Source: Haliotis cracherodii
Lineage: Eukaryota
Direction of reading: 5' to 3'
DNA length: 64,000 bases
Assembly (NCBI RefSeq): GCF_022045235.1
Contig: NW_027266270.1
Coordinates: 15,376,001 to 15,440,000 of the forward strand
The translations under genes and the position numbers were made by a program. Positions 1 to 13,896 of the stretch are shown here, piece after piece (position 1 is the first letter of the stretch; every line of letters begins with the position of its first letter). The notes below the pieces were generated by a model. It had not been told where the DNA came from, searched no databases, and saw only the letters and a program-made list of their open reading frames with translations.

Positions 1-2494
1 TATCGTGTTGTATTTTGTTGTATCGTGTTGTATTGTGTTGAATTGTGTTGCAATGTGTTGGAGTGTGTTATATTCATGTCTAGAATTTGGTGTTTGATAT
101 AACTAAATTTGAAAGATAGGAAAACGTGGTAATTGTATTGGACAGGTATAAAACTTTTGGAATGAAACCTTTTGTCTAGTGTTACAGTTCATGCTGCACT
201 AAATTGACAGTATCATAATCTAATTTGAGCCTTAATGGCTGTAACGTCAGAACGGTTTATCCTAATATAGAAAATCTATAATTAAATGATGGTTTAATAA
301 ACAGTTTTGCTGCAGTGGTGAGAGACATTTCAATCTTGAACAGTGATTATGTGCCTTTTCATCACGTCGTTATCGCTGTACTGACATCAGCATCAGTGAT
401 TCTGTCAATCACGGTGCCTGGCACGGATGACGAGTGGTCAGTTATGGTGTAATTACCATCGTTACGGTTACAGACCTGACTAGGCCAAGCAGTGAAGCTA
501 GTGAAGGATCTCTGTAAAAGTGGGACACGGAAAGCTGATGGACTAATGGCATCTGTGGATTTCGGATCTGGGCAGGATACCAACTGTCGTAGGAGGGTAC
601 GCGTAGAATCTCTCTCAGTGTTTCAACCCTTGTCTAACGGTCACCAGCGGTATAGATAGGGTGTGTTTATGTGTGATATCGATGTTTCTGTAAATAAACA
701 TAAACTGCCAGGCAAAAGAAAGGAGACACCAATGTATGATGGCGGCAAAAAATTATACAAACGAAAATAGTTATTTGATGGTGAAGTTTTTAAAGCGGGT
801 ATCAAGGGTGTGTTTTGGACCATAAAGGGGTCACTGATCTAAAGCAATTCCCCGGGACTGGTTGTTGCCTTTGTTATTGCACAGTGTTTCGGCGACAGTT
901 TTCAGCCGAGTAACCTTTGCCTGACAGTTTAGTAAGTCAGTTGGAAAGGTTTGGTAACTCCAGTATTTAATTCATGCGCGGATTCTAAAGATATTCAATG
1001 AGTAAAAGTACGTCTAAAACGTACCTCGTTTTAACCTCGTTGTGTTTTGGGTATCGTAAATATCATAAGACAGGCATTATACATTTTCGTTTTATGTTTA
1101 TGGCATTTTCAATACGGAAACACTCTCGGCTAGCAGTATCTAGGCTTATACCGTGTTAAATAATTATTCTATTTGAAGTAATATCTAAAACGTTTACTTC
1201 AAAATTGTAGTTGAGTTAATTAAGTTTCCAAATAAATTGACTCTTCACCTGTGTGAAACTCCACCCCATCCTTCTATCCCCGCACCGCTTTACACACCTG
1301 TTAAAGTCTAAGTTGTTAATACCACATGGTTTAAAGTTTGGAGCGTGGATCTCTCAGTACGTCCTTGTATGTGGGTATCTGTTAGATCTGGGATATAGAA
1401 CTCACGTGTAGCTGGAATATTGCTGATGACAACGAATAAAATCCTTCAAGATTGGGGATTTCCTGTTCCAAAGTAACACAAAATGGTATTGTGCTTGTGC
1501 AACGCAATGCGCGAACACTTTATAAAAAGTTCAAGTAGAATGTTTGATTTCTGTCATGTGGCATGATGACGCTGTTTTATTTCATAACGTTTGACCGATA
1601 GTCTGTATCGTACAATGCTCTTTTACCAGAGGTTCCGTGTGATTATGGGAAAGTCTTTATGGTCTTTGGTTTACTGATGAAACATTTGAAGATTGTTGTA
1701 ACAACAATGAAGATCAGTGTCATTCACACTCAGGCCAAGATCAAAAGTAAGAATAAATTTATCAAGGGTCGTTGTTTAAGAAAAAAATTCAAATGTCTTA
1801 ATAAGTTATATTGTCGTGTATGGAGTTCGCCATCTGCCTGTCTTGGATTCGAATCCACGGTTATGGCATTCAATTACGATGGATGCACTGCAACTGCGGC
1901 GCCTCGGATGATTGGGCATACAGTGCCCCCTTTTTGGAAGTTAAACCGGTGATAACAGGATTTGCGTGGTGTTAATCTGTTATTTCCTTGAAGTACGTAT
2001 CTAATTAAGTCGTTGGCGCTGTATGTGGTTCACTTTAAGGGAGACTGCAACACAGTCTAGACGTCTAGACATTGCAATTAGCGCCTTGTGTCAAATAGAG
2101 ACACTGTCTCCTTTTAATTAGGGTTATCGTTAAATGTATTGATATAAATCATTAAATTTGAGTCACCAGACAAAGGAAGTGACATTTGAATGACTTAAAT
2201 AAGATTACATAGGTCTGCAACTTGCTAACTTTAAGAAGAATCTTTCATTAGGTATTGCCATCACTTATAGGTAACAAATACAAACGTGGCCACCAGATGT
2301 AGTAGACTGCTCTGAACCTCAATTCCATATCATGTGGAAATATGCTATTTTGACGTTACTGTATGATGTCACAAGCGCCTTCCCAGCGCGTGACGCCCTC
2401 GTTAGACTCTCGGTAACCTCGCTGCCACCAATGTAGTAATTTTTATACTTTTCTTTATGTCTATGTGAATGCCAATGCAGTTATTTTTGAAAAA

Positions 2495-2698
2495 GGGGCA
2501 CGGGTGGCCCAGTCATCTAAGGGGCTGCGATTCGCTGTGCAGAGTTGCGTCCCTTGGGAACGCCAGAAACCCATGCAAGTGGGTTCTGAGACCTTTCCAT
2601 CACTTCGGGCTTTCCTCCCTTATTAAGCTGACACGCCGCGATATAACTGAAACACTATTAAAAGCGGCGTTTAACCCAACTCTCACTCACTCACTCAC
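2495..2698 (+). mobile_element. SINE family V (tRNA-Leu-like head, V-domain-like body), internally deleted copy
   Basis: GGGGCACGGGTGGCCCAGTC head, (CACT)n tail, TSD TATTTTTGAAAAA. Confidence 0.85.
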
Positions 2699-4557
2699 TA
2701 TTTTTGAAAAAAAGGCTTAACATTTTTGTTTGTTTGATCGGATTGGTTTGAGATTGCAGACGAACGGAACATCAATCAACTTCTGCCTTACATTCTTACT
2801 GTACCAATTACATGATAGTTGTAATGAAACAGAAATTCAAATTGGTAAACAAAGAAAACAATTTATGTCACGGTAGTCATCACTTCTTGTTGATGAACAT
2901 AAGGGTCAGTGGGCTGCGAGTTCAGCTCAAAGCATGGTTGTTGCCAACCATCAGAGTGGGGAGCTTTGACTGGTTGCAGTGATAGTTTAGAGAGCTCCTC
3001 GAACGGGCTATCGCTGTGAGGAGCTTGATGATGTCATAGTCACTGTACTACTCCCTTGTAACATCACTGGAACATATTTGTGGGAAAAGGATGTCGTTAT
3101 TGCTGGTATGGTTCTACATGTGTCCAATACTCTTCACGGGAAAAGAATACTCTCTACAGTATTTATGCGCTTAGGGAGAATGTTACAGCTACTGTTGTTG
3201 ACGTACCCACCCTGCTCACTATATCATCTCAGACATCTGGATTGACTAGTTTCACTTGTTCATGTGACTATCACATTACACAACACGATCTGGCAACGGT
3301 CGCAACCGCTGTATACATCTCAATCAATAAAAAATGGTACAGCAAATGAGCACCGATGTTTACTGATGTTTACATGAGAGACACGTGTGTGTATACCTTG
3401 AAAGATAATAAGACATCGACACCAATTCAAATGCAAAATTCTTTCAACTTTTCGTTCTATTGTTTCAAAATATCAAACATAATATTTTAGATATAAGTTT
3501 TAATGAACTTATGTTTGCATTGCTGGACCCCTTTTGTCAAAGTTCATAATAGAAGTGCAATGCCTTCTATATTAATCCATCATCAAAGCACGAAATTCTC
3601 TTTAAAAATATTTTGGCAATCCAATCTAAAGCAAACGTTTTAAAGATCGACCTATATGGACAAATATCGGAGACTTTTGATGGTTGCAAAACTATAGTTT
3701 TTCATTTTCTGCAAACTTTCATGTAACAAAACAATCATAATCTGTAAACTTCCTCGAACGGTTTGAGAGAAATGTCAACAGAACCCATGCAAGTTGAACA
3801 CAGATCTAAAACGTCCATTTAGATCGACCCTGTCCTCAAGTGTTGTCTTTAACTGTTCTTCAGGTTTTACAAACAAAAATTCAAACACTTATGACTTTGG
3901 AATAATTAACGATGGCCGACCATTGAGAGCTTCTAATGACACTGTCTCGGTCACTCGAGAACAGGTTACATACAAGGGTTGTCGTAAAGACAATAGCATT
4001 GTCACGTACAACAAAGATGGCAACCTTTGAAGAGAATGGACGTGAGAGCACGGTGGTCTTGATGGCTCCGGTGTGTGCACAGTGCCCGAGTTCCGCTCCG
4101 TAATGGGCAATCACATCATCTTATATAGACCTGTTTGTTCAGGTACACAGGCCTGATTCATGTTCAATCATTTCCAAACCGTCTTATCGCAGCAGCATTG
4201 TCGCTGATGGTCTTAACAAGAAAACATGGTTACGATTCACAAAAGAAACATCCAGAAGTTTTAGCAGCTTTGGAAATAAACTTTAAATGAAAAATATTGA
4301 TTTCAGAAGGAAAACTCATTTTTTCACATGTGAATCAACAAGGTTTTTTTTGATGTTCTCGCCGTGATAATTATTGTGTTAAGAGAGACAACACTGTATC
4401 CCATTACATATTGTTTATACATTGTATTTATTAAAAACAACAACGATATAATCAACATTCAGAACGGAGATGGAGGGAAATATAACATATTCCGCTCGTC
4501 TGTACATCCATTTGTCTCCCGATCACAAATGCCTTTTTTCAATAAACAAACAAACGT

Positions 4558-4561
<4 letters not shown>

Positions 4562-4644
<83 letters not shown>
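4562..4644. repeat. (GT)n microsatellite
   Basis: Directly visible. Confidence 0.99.
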
Positions 4645-4645
<1 letters not shown>

Positions 4646-5020
4646 ATATGTTACGGCATTTACATTGTTCATCATATACAGTTATTTTCCCCATTTATTA
4701 TTTACGTTAGAAAAAGCCAAAACATTCGAATTTCCCTGAAGCAATCAAAGACCGTGTTCGTTTCTGGTGTCGAAATCGAAATCATGTTAAAAAAAGAATC
4801 GTGAAACATAAGTTAACTAAGTTAGGTTTTACATTTTACGTGTGTCACTTTCAATCAAAAAGGTCAGATTATACAAATAGGATATCGAATTAAACTCATA
4901 GAGTCATTATCCTTTGAGGTGAACGGCTTAAGAATTTAAGTAGGTATCCTTCAGCGATTAAATAAACATTGGAAGTTTTTAGAGCATTACACTGTGTTTA
5001 TTTTTTTTTTAGCAGTGAAT

Positions 5021-5612
5021 CATTGTTAGCTGCCAGTTAACACGTTGTGCTGTTGTTCCAGATAGCGGTAAACCATTGTCAACTGTCATTTGACGGGCCA
5101 TGACGTTGTTGAAGGCAGCAGGTAACCATTGTCAACTGCCATTTGACGGACCATGACGTTGTTGAAGGCAGCAGCTAACCATTGTCAACTGCCATTTGAC
5201 GGGCCATGACGTCGTTGAAGGCACGGTTAGCCATTGTCGACTACCATTTGACAGGCCATGACGTTGTTGAAGGCAGCGGTCAACAATTGTTAGCTGCCAG
5301 TAGACACGTTGTGCTGTTGATCTAGGCAACGGTTTACCATTGTCAACTGTCATTTGACAGGCCATGACGTTGTTGAAGGCAGCGGTCAACAATTGTTAGC
5401 TGCCAGTAGACACGTTGTGCTGTTGTTCTAGGCAGCAGTTAACCATTGTCAACTGCCATTTGACGGCCATGACGTTGTTGAAGGCAGCGGTTAACCATTG
5501 TCAGATGCCAGTTGACACAGTGTGTTGATGTAAAGGTCAGCAGCTAACCATTGCCAGTTGCAATTTGACGGGTCCCGATGTTGTTCAAAGCGGTAGTAAA
5601 CCATTGTCAGAC
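5021..5612. repeat. ~53-bp minisatellite with two alternating unit types
   Basis: Units begin CATTGTCAACTGCCATTTGAC or (C/A)ATTGTTAGCTGCCAGT. Confidence 0.9.
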
Positions 5613-5908
5613 ACCAGGAACCGCTGGTCTTTGGTTTGCGACTGACCTTTGACCTTTGCCAATTTCGGACTTTCCTAATACATAAATATTGTATTCGCTT
5701 CGTGCATAATGGAATATACTCACGGAAGGTCAATCCACAAATGGAGACTGCCCTTCATATAACTGAAGTACTGGCATGACCAACTCAAATCAATCATACA
5801 CTTATTAATTGTGTGCCATCTTACTCGAACAGAACAGAACAGATATGTTTGAATTAGAAAAAAACTATTAAAATGACGGTATGGTGCATTATGATAATGC
5901 TGTTACAC

Positions 5909-6144
5909 TGAACAAGTTTTACACTTTAAACATTGACACATTATTTTCCAAGAACATATTTCTTTGTAAATCAAACAAAGGCAAGGTCTTAAACTATGCT
6001 TCTCACCAATGGCCAGTGGGAATATTTGAACAAGTTTTGCACTTTAAACATTGACACATTATTTTCCAAGAACATATTTTTTTGTAAACAAACCAAGGCA
6101 AGGTCTTAAACTATGCTTCTCACCAATGGCCGCTGGGAATATTT
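5909..6144. repeat. ~118-bp direct tandem duplication
   Basis: TGAACAAGTTTT...TGGGAATATTT occurs twice. Confidence 0.9.
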
Positions 6145-8424
6145 GTGAAAATGGTTTATAGAAGATTTATTTGAGGACGTATTGATGACCAAGCCTGAAA
6201 AAGACATCAATTCTAACCAGTTCTCTGATTTATTCTGGTGAAAATACAAGCGACGTGTTAAAGGCACGTGGACCCATTGAAGTCGATTCGGATTTCAGCA
6301 AGGGATAATGTCCGCCTGTGAGAGGGTAGGCCATCATGCGCAGACCGGTGCCCATATATGCAACACGGGCGCCGATTCAAGAGGGCTTTTAGTGCGATGT
6401 CGTGCGACGGGTACACACTCTGCATGAAATACATGGAAGGAAAGGTCATATAATGTTGCCTGCTGACACAAGGGGGCGTTATATTACGCAATAGTCTAAA
6501 TCTGTGAGAACTCTGAAGGAAGTTAGAGAGTGGAGTCTAGTATATATCCATGCCTGCATTCTATTTACAGTACGTCTAATTTGCCGGTCTTTGTTAGGCT
6601 ATGATACGCTGGGTGGTTTTAATGTAGTTTCAGAATTGTGTGTTTTGCGTTAATAGGAACAGTGGTAATTATTGTGTAAAGATTTATACAGGAACCCAAT
6701 ACTTAGGTCTATTGGACTGCAGATGAGAGCTCATTGGTGATCCGGCAGGTCAAGTGACATGGAGAATTGGAGCTAATATTTCGACAAAGTTTCTTGCGTG
6801 TTTAAAAAGTTATATCACAGCGCATCACACTTATTTTGTGTGTTGCCTAGCCCTGATAGTTTTAAGGAGTGATAAGTCGAATTCAGTTCAACACAGCCCT
6901 GATGCCATTTTTTTTCAATTATATCACGGCGTGTCAGCTTGATGTTGAGGAGCTTCCCAAGTGAGTCTGATCTCAGGTCACTTCTTTGGTGAAAATCACG
7001 AGGTCTGTGCCCATTAAGGCCGCAATACAGAAGTAGCCGGAAACATTCACTCAATGACCACAACGTCGATTAATCGTGAGTCAAGGGATAGCCAGTAACC
7101 TCGAGGTGTTAAAAGCGGCGTTTCACCAACTTCACTCACTCATCTACTCTGTATCTTCTCCCATAGCTTTGGCTATGCAGTTTAATATGATGCAAAAGAT
7201 ATTATCTAACCCATTTCTTTCCTTCTGCACTACCCAATATGGTCCAGCTGATGTTTACCTTCTCCATCTCAGCACATCTGCTTCATTTCAGGACATTCAC
7301 AAACACCGGTATTAAAGATAATTTAACATGAAAGAGACCGTTGATGCTGTACAACAATTGATACTCTGATCTCACTGTAATCTCAATAAGCGTTAAAGAG
7401 AAATGGAAACTATAAAATTGTAAATATTGACACAAATTTGAAACCATTATTACATTATCTGGTCATTGACTGTTTTATTTTACATTGTTTCAGTACAAAA
7501 TAAAATGAAAGGCTGATAATAGTGCAAAGATTAAAGATGGGATAACATCAAACAATACTAATTACACTGACCCAGCGATATGAGGACACGTTACAATGGA
7601 CGATGTCGGGGAGATAATGGTACCATCACGTTCAGCAGGGCAGGGTATGGGTAGAAGTAATGTGTCTTGTTTACAGAGGGGAGATGTGCCTTGGTGCATC
7701 TGTTGCTCTTTGAAACAAAGAGTAACTCACTCAAATGGGAACCATCGATTTGTTTATTGCAATATTTTTCCAATATCATGACAATGCTTTGTCTTCGTTG
7801 TGGACATTCATAATGCGTTCGTTAAATGTACTTAAAACGCATATTTTGGGAGCTTTATTTTCGTTTCTTGTTACTTGGCAGCGAAAAGGCGCGCATTGTT
7901 ATTCGCCAGCCGTAATGTGAATGGAAGATGTTCAAAAGACGAAAGACCAGAATTACGAGCAAGAAACAGCAAGCACCATCGTTTAACGTCTTTAGCATGA
8001 CGCAGCCAGATCGATCAACCAACCTTTGTCTCCCCGGGCAAACGCTCTATCCACAGGACCACTTGGCGGTGATGTAAGTGAGTGAGCTGCGTCAGACTGT
8101 ACATGTATAAGTCAACGTGTAGCAGTAGAACCCAACACTGATACAGCTGGTAGACATTTTAGCCCTTCATGAGACTTTCAAAGCGCACGGATATTGTGCT
8201 TGATAAACCAAGGATCATAACCGGGGCTATTCGGGGATTCAGATAGAAATTTCAGATTTTCAGATTTTCAGATAGGTAACTCGAAAATTCGATCTTTACG
8301 TTAGCAATTGATTATTAACTAAATTATAATTACTATAGTGACTGGCATATATTGAGGCTATCAATGCAGTTGAGAGTCCCGTGGTAGTTAAATTTTAAAG
8401 GCATGAGCTTGTATCGTCCTATTA

Positions 8425-8734
8425 GGGGAGGTGATTTGGGGTTTAACGTCGCGTCCACTTTTATTGCACTTATATATTATGACGTGTGTGGTTGTACTAG
8501 TCCGGACTAATGCACATATTATCGTGCTAGCCCACTGAGATACCATGCTGCCGTTTAACATGAAATCCCCACCCAGAGCACACTGACACCGAGCCGACCA
8601 GTCCTTGTTTTTAAGCCCCTTAATGCGGAGCGCCAGGCAGGGTAAAAACAAGTACCATCTTTTGACGCCGGGAATCGAACCCGGCCCTTCCGCTCTCCAG
8701 GCGGACGCTCTACCACTACACCAGGGAGGTGGCC
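8425..8734 (-). mobile_element. tRNA-derived SINE family C (mollusc CORE/MESC-like, by inference)
   Basis: GTAGTGGTAGAGCGTCCGCC...GGGTTCGATTCCCGGC head, TGGTACTTGT...CCTGCCTGGCGCTC body, GACGTTAAACCCC tail. Confidence 0.8.
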
Positions 8735-9199
8735 AATCCTCATAGTAAAAACTTCTTTTAGCCTGTTCTGAAACTGGAATAAAAGAATTCAAAAGACACA
8801 AATCGGAGTCGGATCGCGATGTAAACACTGCAAATACTACCCCTGTCAATCGCCTAGTAGTATCAGAAAGATTGTTTTACTTTCGTGACTATCTGATGAG
8901 AGCGTGATTGAGAAGAGTGGAATCTGTTATTAAACTTAGAGATCAATGTCGGTAATGTGGACACGGTTTGTTGTCGAAATGAATACTTCGACAACCTTGG
9001 CTTCCAACTGTTTCAAATGATATCAGTATCTAGGGGAGATACCAGGAATAGTTGCTTTGACAATAAGCCTATATGTCCTTTTGAAAACAGTTCATTAAAC
9101 ATAGAGCTCGGGTCAATGTTGCGATAGGGAGTACTTCCTTGTTAAGAAAATATTTGACTTCCGATGTCGACCGCCGTAGAGTATTGGATTGTAAGAAGC

Positions 9200-9370
9200 A
9201 GGACAAAGATTCAAAGACAGACACCATCATTCCCATCACACTGAACTATTGGATTCAAAAGACATTTTCAATTATTGAAGAATTACGTCACATATTTTCT
9301 TTTGATGGCAAATTTTTGGACCATGATGACTTTATTTTTAAATACGGGCAGTTGACAGTTGTGTTCCATT
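9200..9370 (+). mobile_element. Possible Tx1/L1-clade LINE fragment
   Basis: YWIQKTFSIIEELRHIFSFDGKFLDHDDFIFKYG resembles the post-RT region of Tx1 ORF2. Confidence 0.35.
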
Positions 9371-9429
9371 AGGTTCCACGTAACACATTAACCACCGACG
9401 TGTATTCTCTCCGACTGGTCGAACATAAA

Positions 9430-10290
9430 CATTTGGGCCATCTCTGCGTATGGTAATGCCTTAATTTATGGGACATCTGAGTCTGAGGCCATGCCTCACT
9501 TTGTGGAAAATCGTGTGTATTCCCAAATGTTGGCATCTGTGTGTATGACAATGTCTCAAATGTGGACATCTGTGTGTATGACCATGTCCCAGACGTGGGC
9601 ATCTGTGTGTATGACCATGTCTCAAATGTGGGCATCAGTGTGTATGACCATGTCTCAAATGTGGGCATCTGTGTGTATGTCCATGCCTTAAATGTGGGCA
9701 TCTGTGAGTATGACCATGTCTCAAATGTGGGCATCAGTGTGTATGACCATGTCTCAAATGTGGGCATCAGTGTGTATGACCATGTCTCAAATGTGAGCAT
9801 CAGTGTGTATGACCATGTCTCAAATGTGGGCATCTGTGTGTATGTCCATGCCTTAAATGTGGGCATCAGTGTGTATGACCATGTCTCAAATGTGGGCATC
9901 TGTTGCGTATGTCCATGTCTCAAATGTGGACATCTGTGTGTATGACCATGTCTCAAATGTGGGCATCAGTGTGTATGACAATGTCTCAAATGTGGGCATC
10001 AGTGTGTATGACCATGCCGCAAATGTGAGCATCTGTGTGTATGACCATGTCTCAAATGTGGGCATCTGTGTGTATGACCATGTCTCAAATGTGAACACCT
10101 GTGTGTATGGCCATGTCTCAGACGTGGGCATCTGTGTGTATGACCATGTCTCAAATGTGGACATCTGTGTGTATGAACATGTCTCAAATGTGGGCATCTG
10201 TGTGTATGTCCATGCCTTAAATGTGGACATCTGTGTGTATGACCATGTCTCAAATGTGGGCATCAGTGTGTATGACCATGCCGCAAATGT
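9430..10290. repeat. 33-bp minisatellite
   Basis: Unit GCATCTGTGTGTATGACCATGTCTCAAATGTGG. Confidence 0.95.
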
Positions 10291-10293
10291 GAA

Positions 10294-10497
10294 GACCCGT
10301 GAAGGCTCGGGATAGAATATGTCTTCAGCAAGCCATGCTTGTCTTAAGAGCAGACTAACGGGATCGGATGGATGGTTGATGCACGTCAACGTATCCCAAT
10401 TGCGTGGATCAATGCTCATGACATCAATCACTGGATTGTCAGATTCGATTATTTACGTCCGGCCGTCATATAGCTGCAATACTGCAGAGTTAAGAAA
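10294..10497 (+). mobile_element. SINE family R (non-tRNA structured head), degenerate, inserted in a minisatellite
   Basis: Starts GACCCGTGAAG, has the shared tail, TSD CAAATGTG. Confidence 0.8.
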
Positions 10498-11005
10498 CAA
10501 ATGTGGACATCTGTGCGCATGGACATGCCTCGCCTTATGGGTACATGTGTGTATGACCATGTCTCAATTAATGGGCAGCTGTGTGTATGACCATGTCTCA
10601 ATTAATGGATATCTGTGGGTATGACCATGTCTCAATTAATGGATATCTGTGGGTATGACCATGTCTCAATTAATGGATATCTGTGGGTATGACCATGCCT
10701 CAACTAATGGACAGCTGTGTGTATGACCATGTCTCAACTAATGGACAGCTGTGTGTATGACCATGTCTCAACTAATGGACAGCTGTGTGTATGACCATGT
10801 CTCAATTAATGGATATCTGTGGGTATGACCATGTCTCAATTAATGGATATCTGTGGGTATGACCATGCTTCAACTAATGGACAGCTATGTGTATGACCAT
10901 GTCTCAACTAATGGACAGCTGTGTGTATGACCATGTCTCAACTAATGGACAGCTGTGTGTATGATCATGTCTCAACTAATGGATAGCTCTGTGTATGACC
11001 ATGTC
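10498..11005. repeat. 34-bp variant of the same minisatellite
   Basis: Unit GTGTATGACCATGTCTCAA(T/C)TAATGGA(T/C)A(T/G)CTGT. Confidence 0.95.
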
Positions 11006-12194
11006 TGTCAGATTTAGTTTACGTCATCGATGGCATGTTTTACTTTATCTGAGACTTACTGTTTAAGTTCATACAGCTCTAGTAATGTCTGTTTTCATTG
11101 TTAGCCCCAGCTGTATGTATATCGCGTCTCTTTCTCTGACAATTCCGTTCCCCACGTTAGAGTGGGTTAGGTGTGGTGCTGCTGAGTCCACATATCCGAC
11201 ACATGTCATTGTTGTAAGATGACCTACTGACTAGAACTCAGAATACACATGTAATCTTTTGTGGGTTTTCTTGTGCTATAGGAAAAACATTAATCCATTT
11301 TTGGTCTTACTGATATAATAGAGTATGACACACACGCATGATTCTGTCCAATAACTAATTCTAGCAGATTAGGGATGTCATATTAATAGATATATATTTA
11401 ACATTTGCTTTATGTTGTCCTGACAATTCTGATTACATATACTCATAATGTGGTCGCCACTACACTTACTGAGACTTCACAGAGGGATTTGACAATTATC
11501 ATTGTGAAAGGTTCGGTTTTTAAATCCTTCAGTGCATATAAGTACGCATAAAGGTAGTTGAAACAAAATTATTCCTGACTTAAAAAAATAAATGTATAAG
11601 CAAAAAGGCACCAGTTTTGCCGGTGGCTCATACATTTGAAAGAAACAACATTGTTTTTTCATCCAAACAAAGTTCAATGTCGCTATGGATAACAAGCCAA
11701 GGGCTATACGGCATATGCTTTTTTAAGTACATATGCTGTGCTTTTTGTCAGAGGTTCCTACATATATCATGCCGACGCTATAATATGTACAATGTCATTC
11801 TTCATTTATATGGCCGTATAATTATTAAGTATTTAATTAGGCTGAATTACGAAACAAAACAAAGAAGACGTAGCCGAAGATGAATACAGATATCAAATGC
11901 GTCCACCATCTCCAGTATATTTGAATTAGAATGATTATTGGGTTTGTGCCAGTTAACTGGGCCAGGTATTAGCGTTGCCCTTAAAAGGGATAGCCCTATT
12001 ACGTTTGAACAGAACGTACTCAGCATTTCACGGCCTACTGTAGCGTGGGGACAGTTTCCCGTAAATATAAAACGTCCACGCAAGAGATTAACCAGTGTCG
12101 GATATCGGACGAAACAGATTCCATTAGGCGTAAAGGGCGAAGGTGAAAAGGTGACACAATATTACTAAATCACTGAAAATCAGTGATGAAACCA

Positions 12195-13044
12195 GTATGA
12201 AACAGTATGAGACAGTATGAGACATCTGAAAATCAGTGATGAAACCAGTATGAGACATTATGAGGCAGTATGAGACAGTGTCAAACATTATTAGACAGTA
12301 TAAGACAGTGTGCGAGAGTATGAGACGGTATGAGGCAGTGTGAAAAAGCATGACACATTATGAGACAGTAAGAGAGAGTATGAGACAGTAAGAGACAGTA
12401 TGAGACAGTATGAGACTGTATGACACAGTATGAGACAATATGACATAGTATGAGACAGTATGAGACAGTATGGCACAGTATGAGACAGTATGACACAGTA
12501 TGAGACAGTATGACACAGTATGAGACAGTATGAGACTGTATGACACAGTATGAGACAGTAAGACACAGTATGAGACAGTATGACACAGTATGAGACAGTA
12601 TGACACAGTAAGAGACAGTATGACACAGTAAGAGACAGTATGACACAGTATGAGACGGTATGAGACTGTATGACACAGAATTACACAGTATGACACAGTA
12701 TGAGACAGTATGAGACAGTATGACACTGGATGACACAGTATGAGACTGTATGACACAGTATGAGACTGTATGACACAGTATGAGACAGAATGAGACTATG
12801 ACACAGTATGAGACAGTATGAAACAGTATGACACAGTATGAGACTGTATGACACAGTATGAGACAGTATGACACAGTATGAGACAGAATGAGACTATGAC
12901 ACAGTATGAGACAGTATGAAACAGTATGAGACAGTATGAGACTGTATGGCACAGTATGAGACAGTATGACACAGTATGAGACAATATGACACAGTATGAG
13001 ACAGTATGAGACTGTATGACACAGTATGAGACAGTATGACACAG
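12195..13044. repeat. 10-bp satellite TGA(G/C)ACAGTA
   Basis: Directly visible. Confidence 0.97.
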
Positions 13045-13139
13045 TTTATACGTCGACTGTAACCCATTCTCCTTCATCTTACCAACATTCTCAATGGCTA
13101 TGTGATGCGCCACCTAGTTCTTCCTTCCCACAGGCACGT

Positions 13140-13365
13140 GCCTCCCACGTGCATGCACATGTGTGTGTAACTGCTTGAATTGTCCGTAATTATGCCTGTG
13201 TTTTATAGTGCTAGCCCGCTGAGATACAATGCCGCAGTTTAGCATGAATACCGAGCCGACCAGTCCTTGTTTTAGCTCCTTGATACCTAGCGCTAGGCAG
13301 GGTAACAACAAGTAGCATCTTTTGGTATGACACGGATCGAACACCCGACCTTCCGCTCTCCGGAA
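13140..13365 (-). mobile_element. SINE family C fragment
   Basis: Homology to 8425-8734. Confidence 0.7.
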
Positions 13366-13395
13366 GATATCCTAAGATCTCAGGGATCGCTGTCC

Positions 13396-13896
13396 CTACA
13401 CAGAGGTCTGAGGACATCCTATTACAGGTCACGTCAGAACAACCTTTGCAATGAAATGGAGCATCGACATTGGCCAATGAGAAAGCGTTACGACACTTGT
13501 TTCAAAATGGTGACTTCCATTCAGGACTTCGCTTTGAAAAAATATTTGCACAAAGTCTGTGATTTTAAATTACTGATTCTTGTTCGGCAGTATACTAGTA
13601 TTCGTTTTCGAGTCAACGGACATGGTTCCTGACTTGTTATTCCCAGCGATGAAAACATGCCTAATTATTCGTAATCACCTGTTAATTCTTTCCGTCTAAA
13701 CTAGGTCCACAATGGCTGCCTCGTACAACCCGTACTAGTTGTTCAGAATGCCCTGTGTTAACTTTTACGAGGTTGCATGATCAGAAAACACATTCCAACT
13801 GCCGGTGTTGCGACTTTTAAAGCCATGATCTGATTGGTCGGATAAAAGGTCGTTCTGACTGAACCCGTAATGCGATGTCCTCAGATCCTTGTTTAG
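13396..13896. mobile_element. MITE with ~50-bp imperfect TIRs
   Basis: TCTGAGGACATC...GTCAGAACAACCTTT pairs with AAAGGTCGTTCTGAC...GATGTCCTCAGA. Confidence 0.7.

Larger units (their letters stand above)
2850..7760 (-). pseudogene. Diverged, disabled minus-strand paralog of the CUB/CTL/LDLa/LRR receptor-like gene (exon remnants ~7150-7330, ~3820-4210, ~2870-3318)
   Basis: 3889-4110(-) gives VTMLLSLRQPLYVTCS, nearly identical to 39036-39218(+) VTILLSLRQPLYVTCS. Another frame gives HYGAELGHC...TTLVCNLF (LDLa-like). 7150-7330(-) gives MS*NEA (CTL-like SWxxA). 2870-3318(-) starts VYSGC, like VYPGC in segment F, and has LRR-like FEELSKL. Many stops and frameshifts. Confidence 0.55.

Noticed and set aside
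240-1296. Possible solo LTR ending AATAAA...TTACACA
   Set aside because: No second LTR, TSD, PBS or internal ORF can be shown in this window.
6256-6760. Possible LTR with PBS-like TGGTGATCC
   Set aside because: Weak match and no supporting internal sequence.
9369-10431. ORFs of 134-195 aa (MPTFETWSYTQ repeats), and a CRISPR-like 33-bp periodicity
   Set aside because: Pure tandem minisatellite open on both strands; no unique spacers, no cas genes, eukaryotic context.
12281-13113. 253-aa and overlapping SHTVSYCLIL ORFs
   Set aside because: Translation of a 10-bp satellite.
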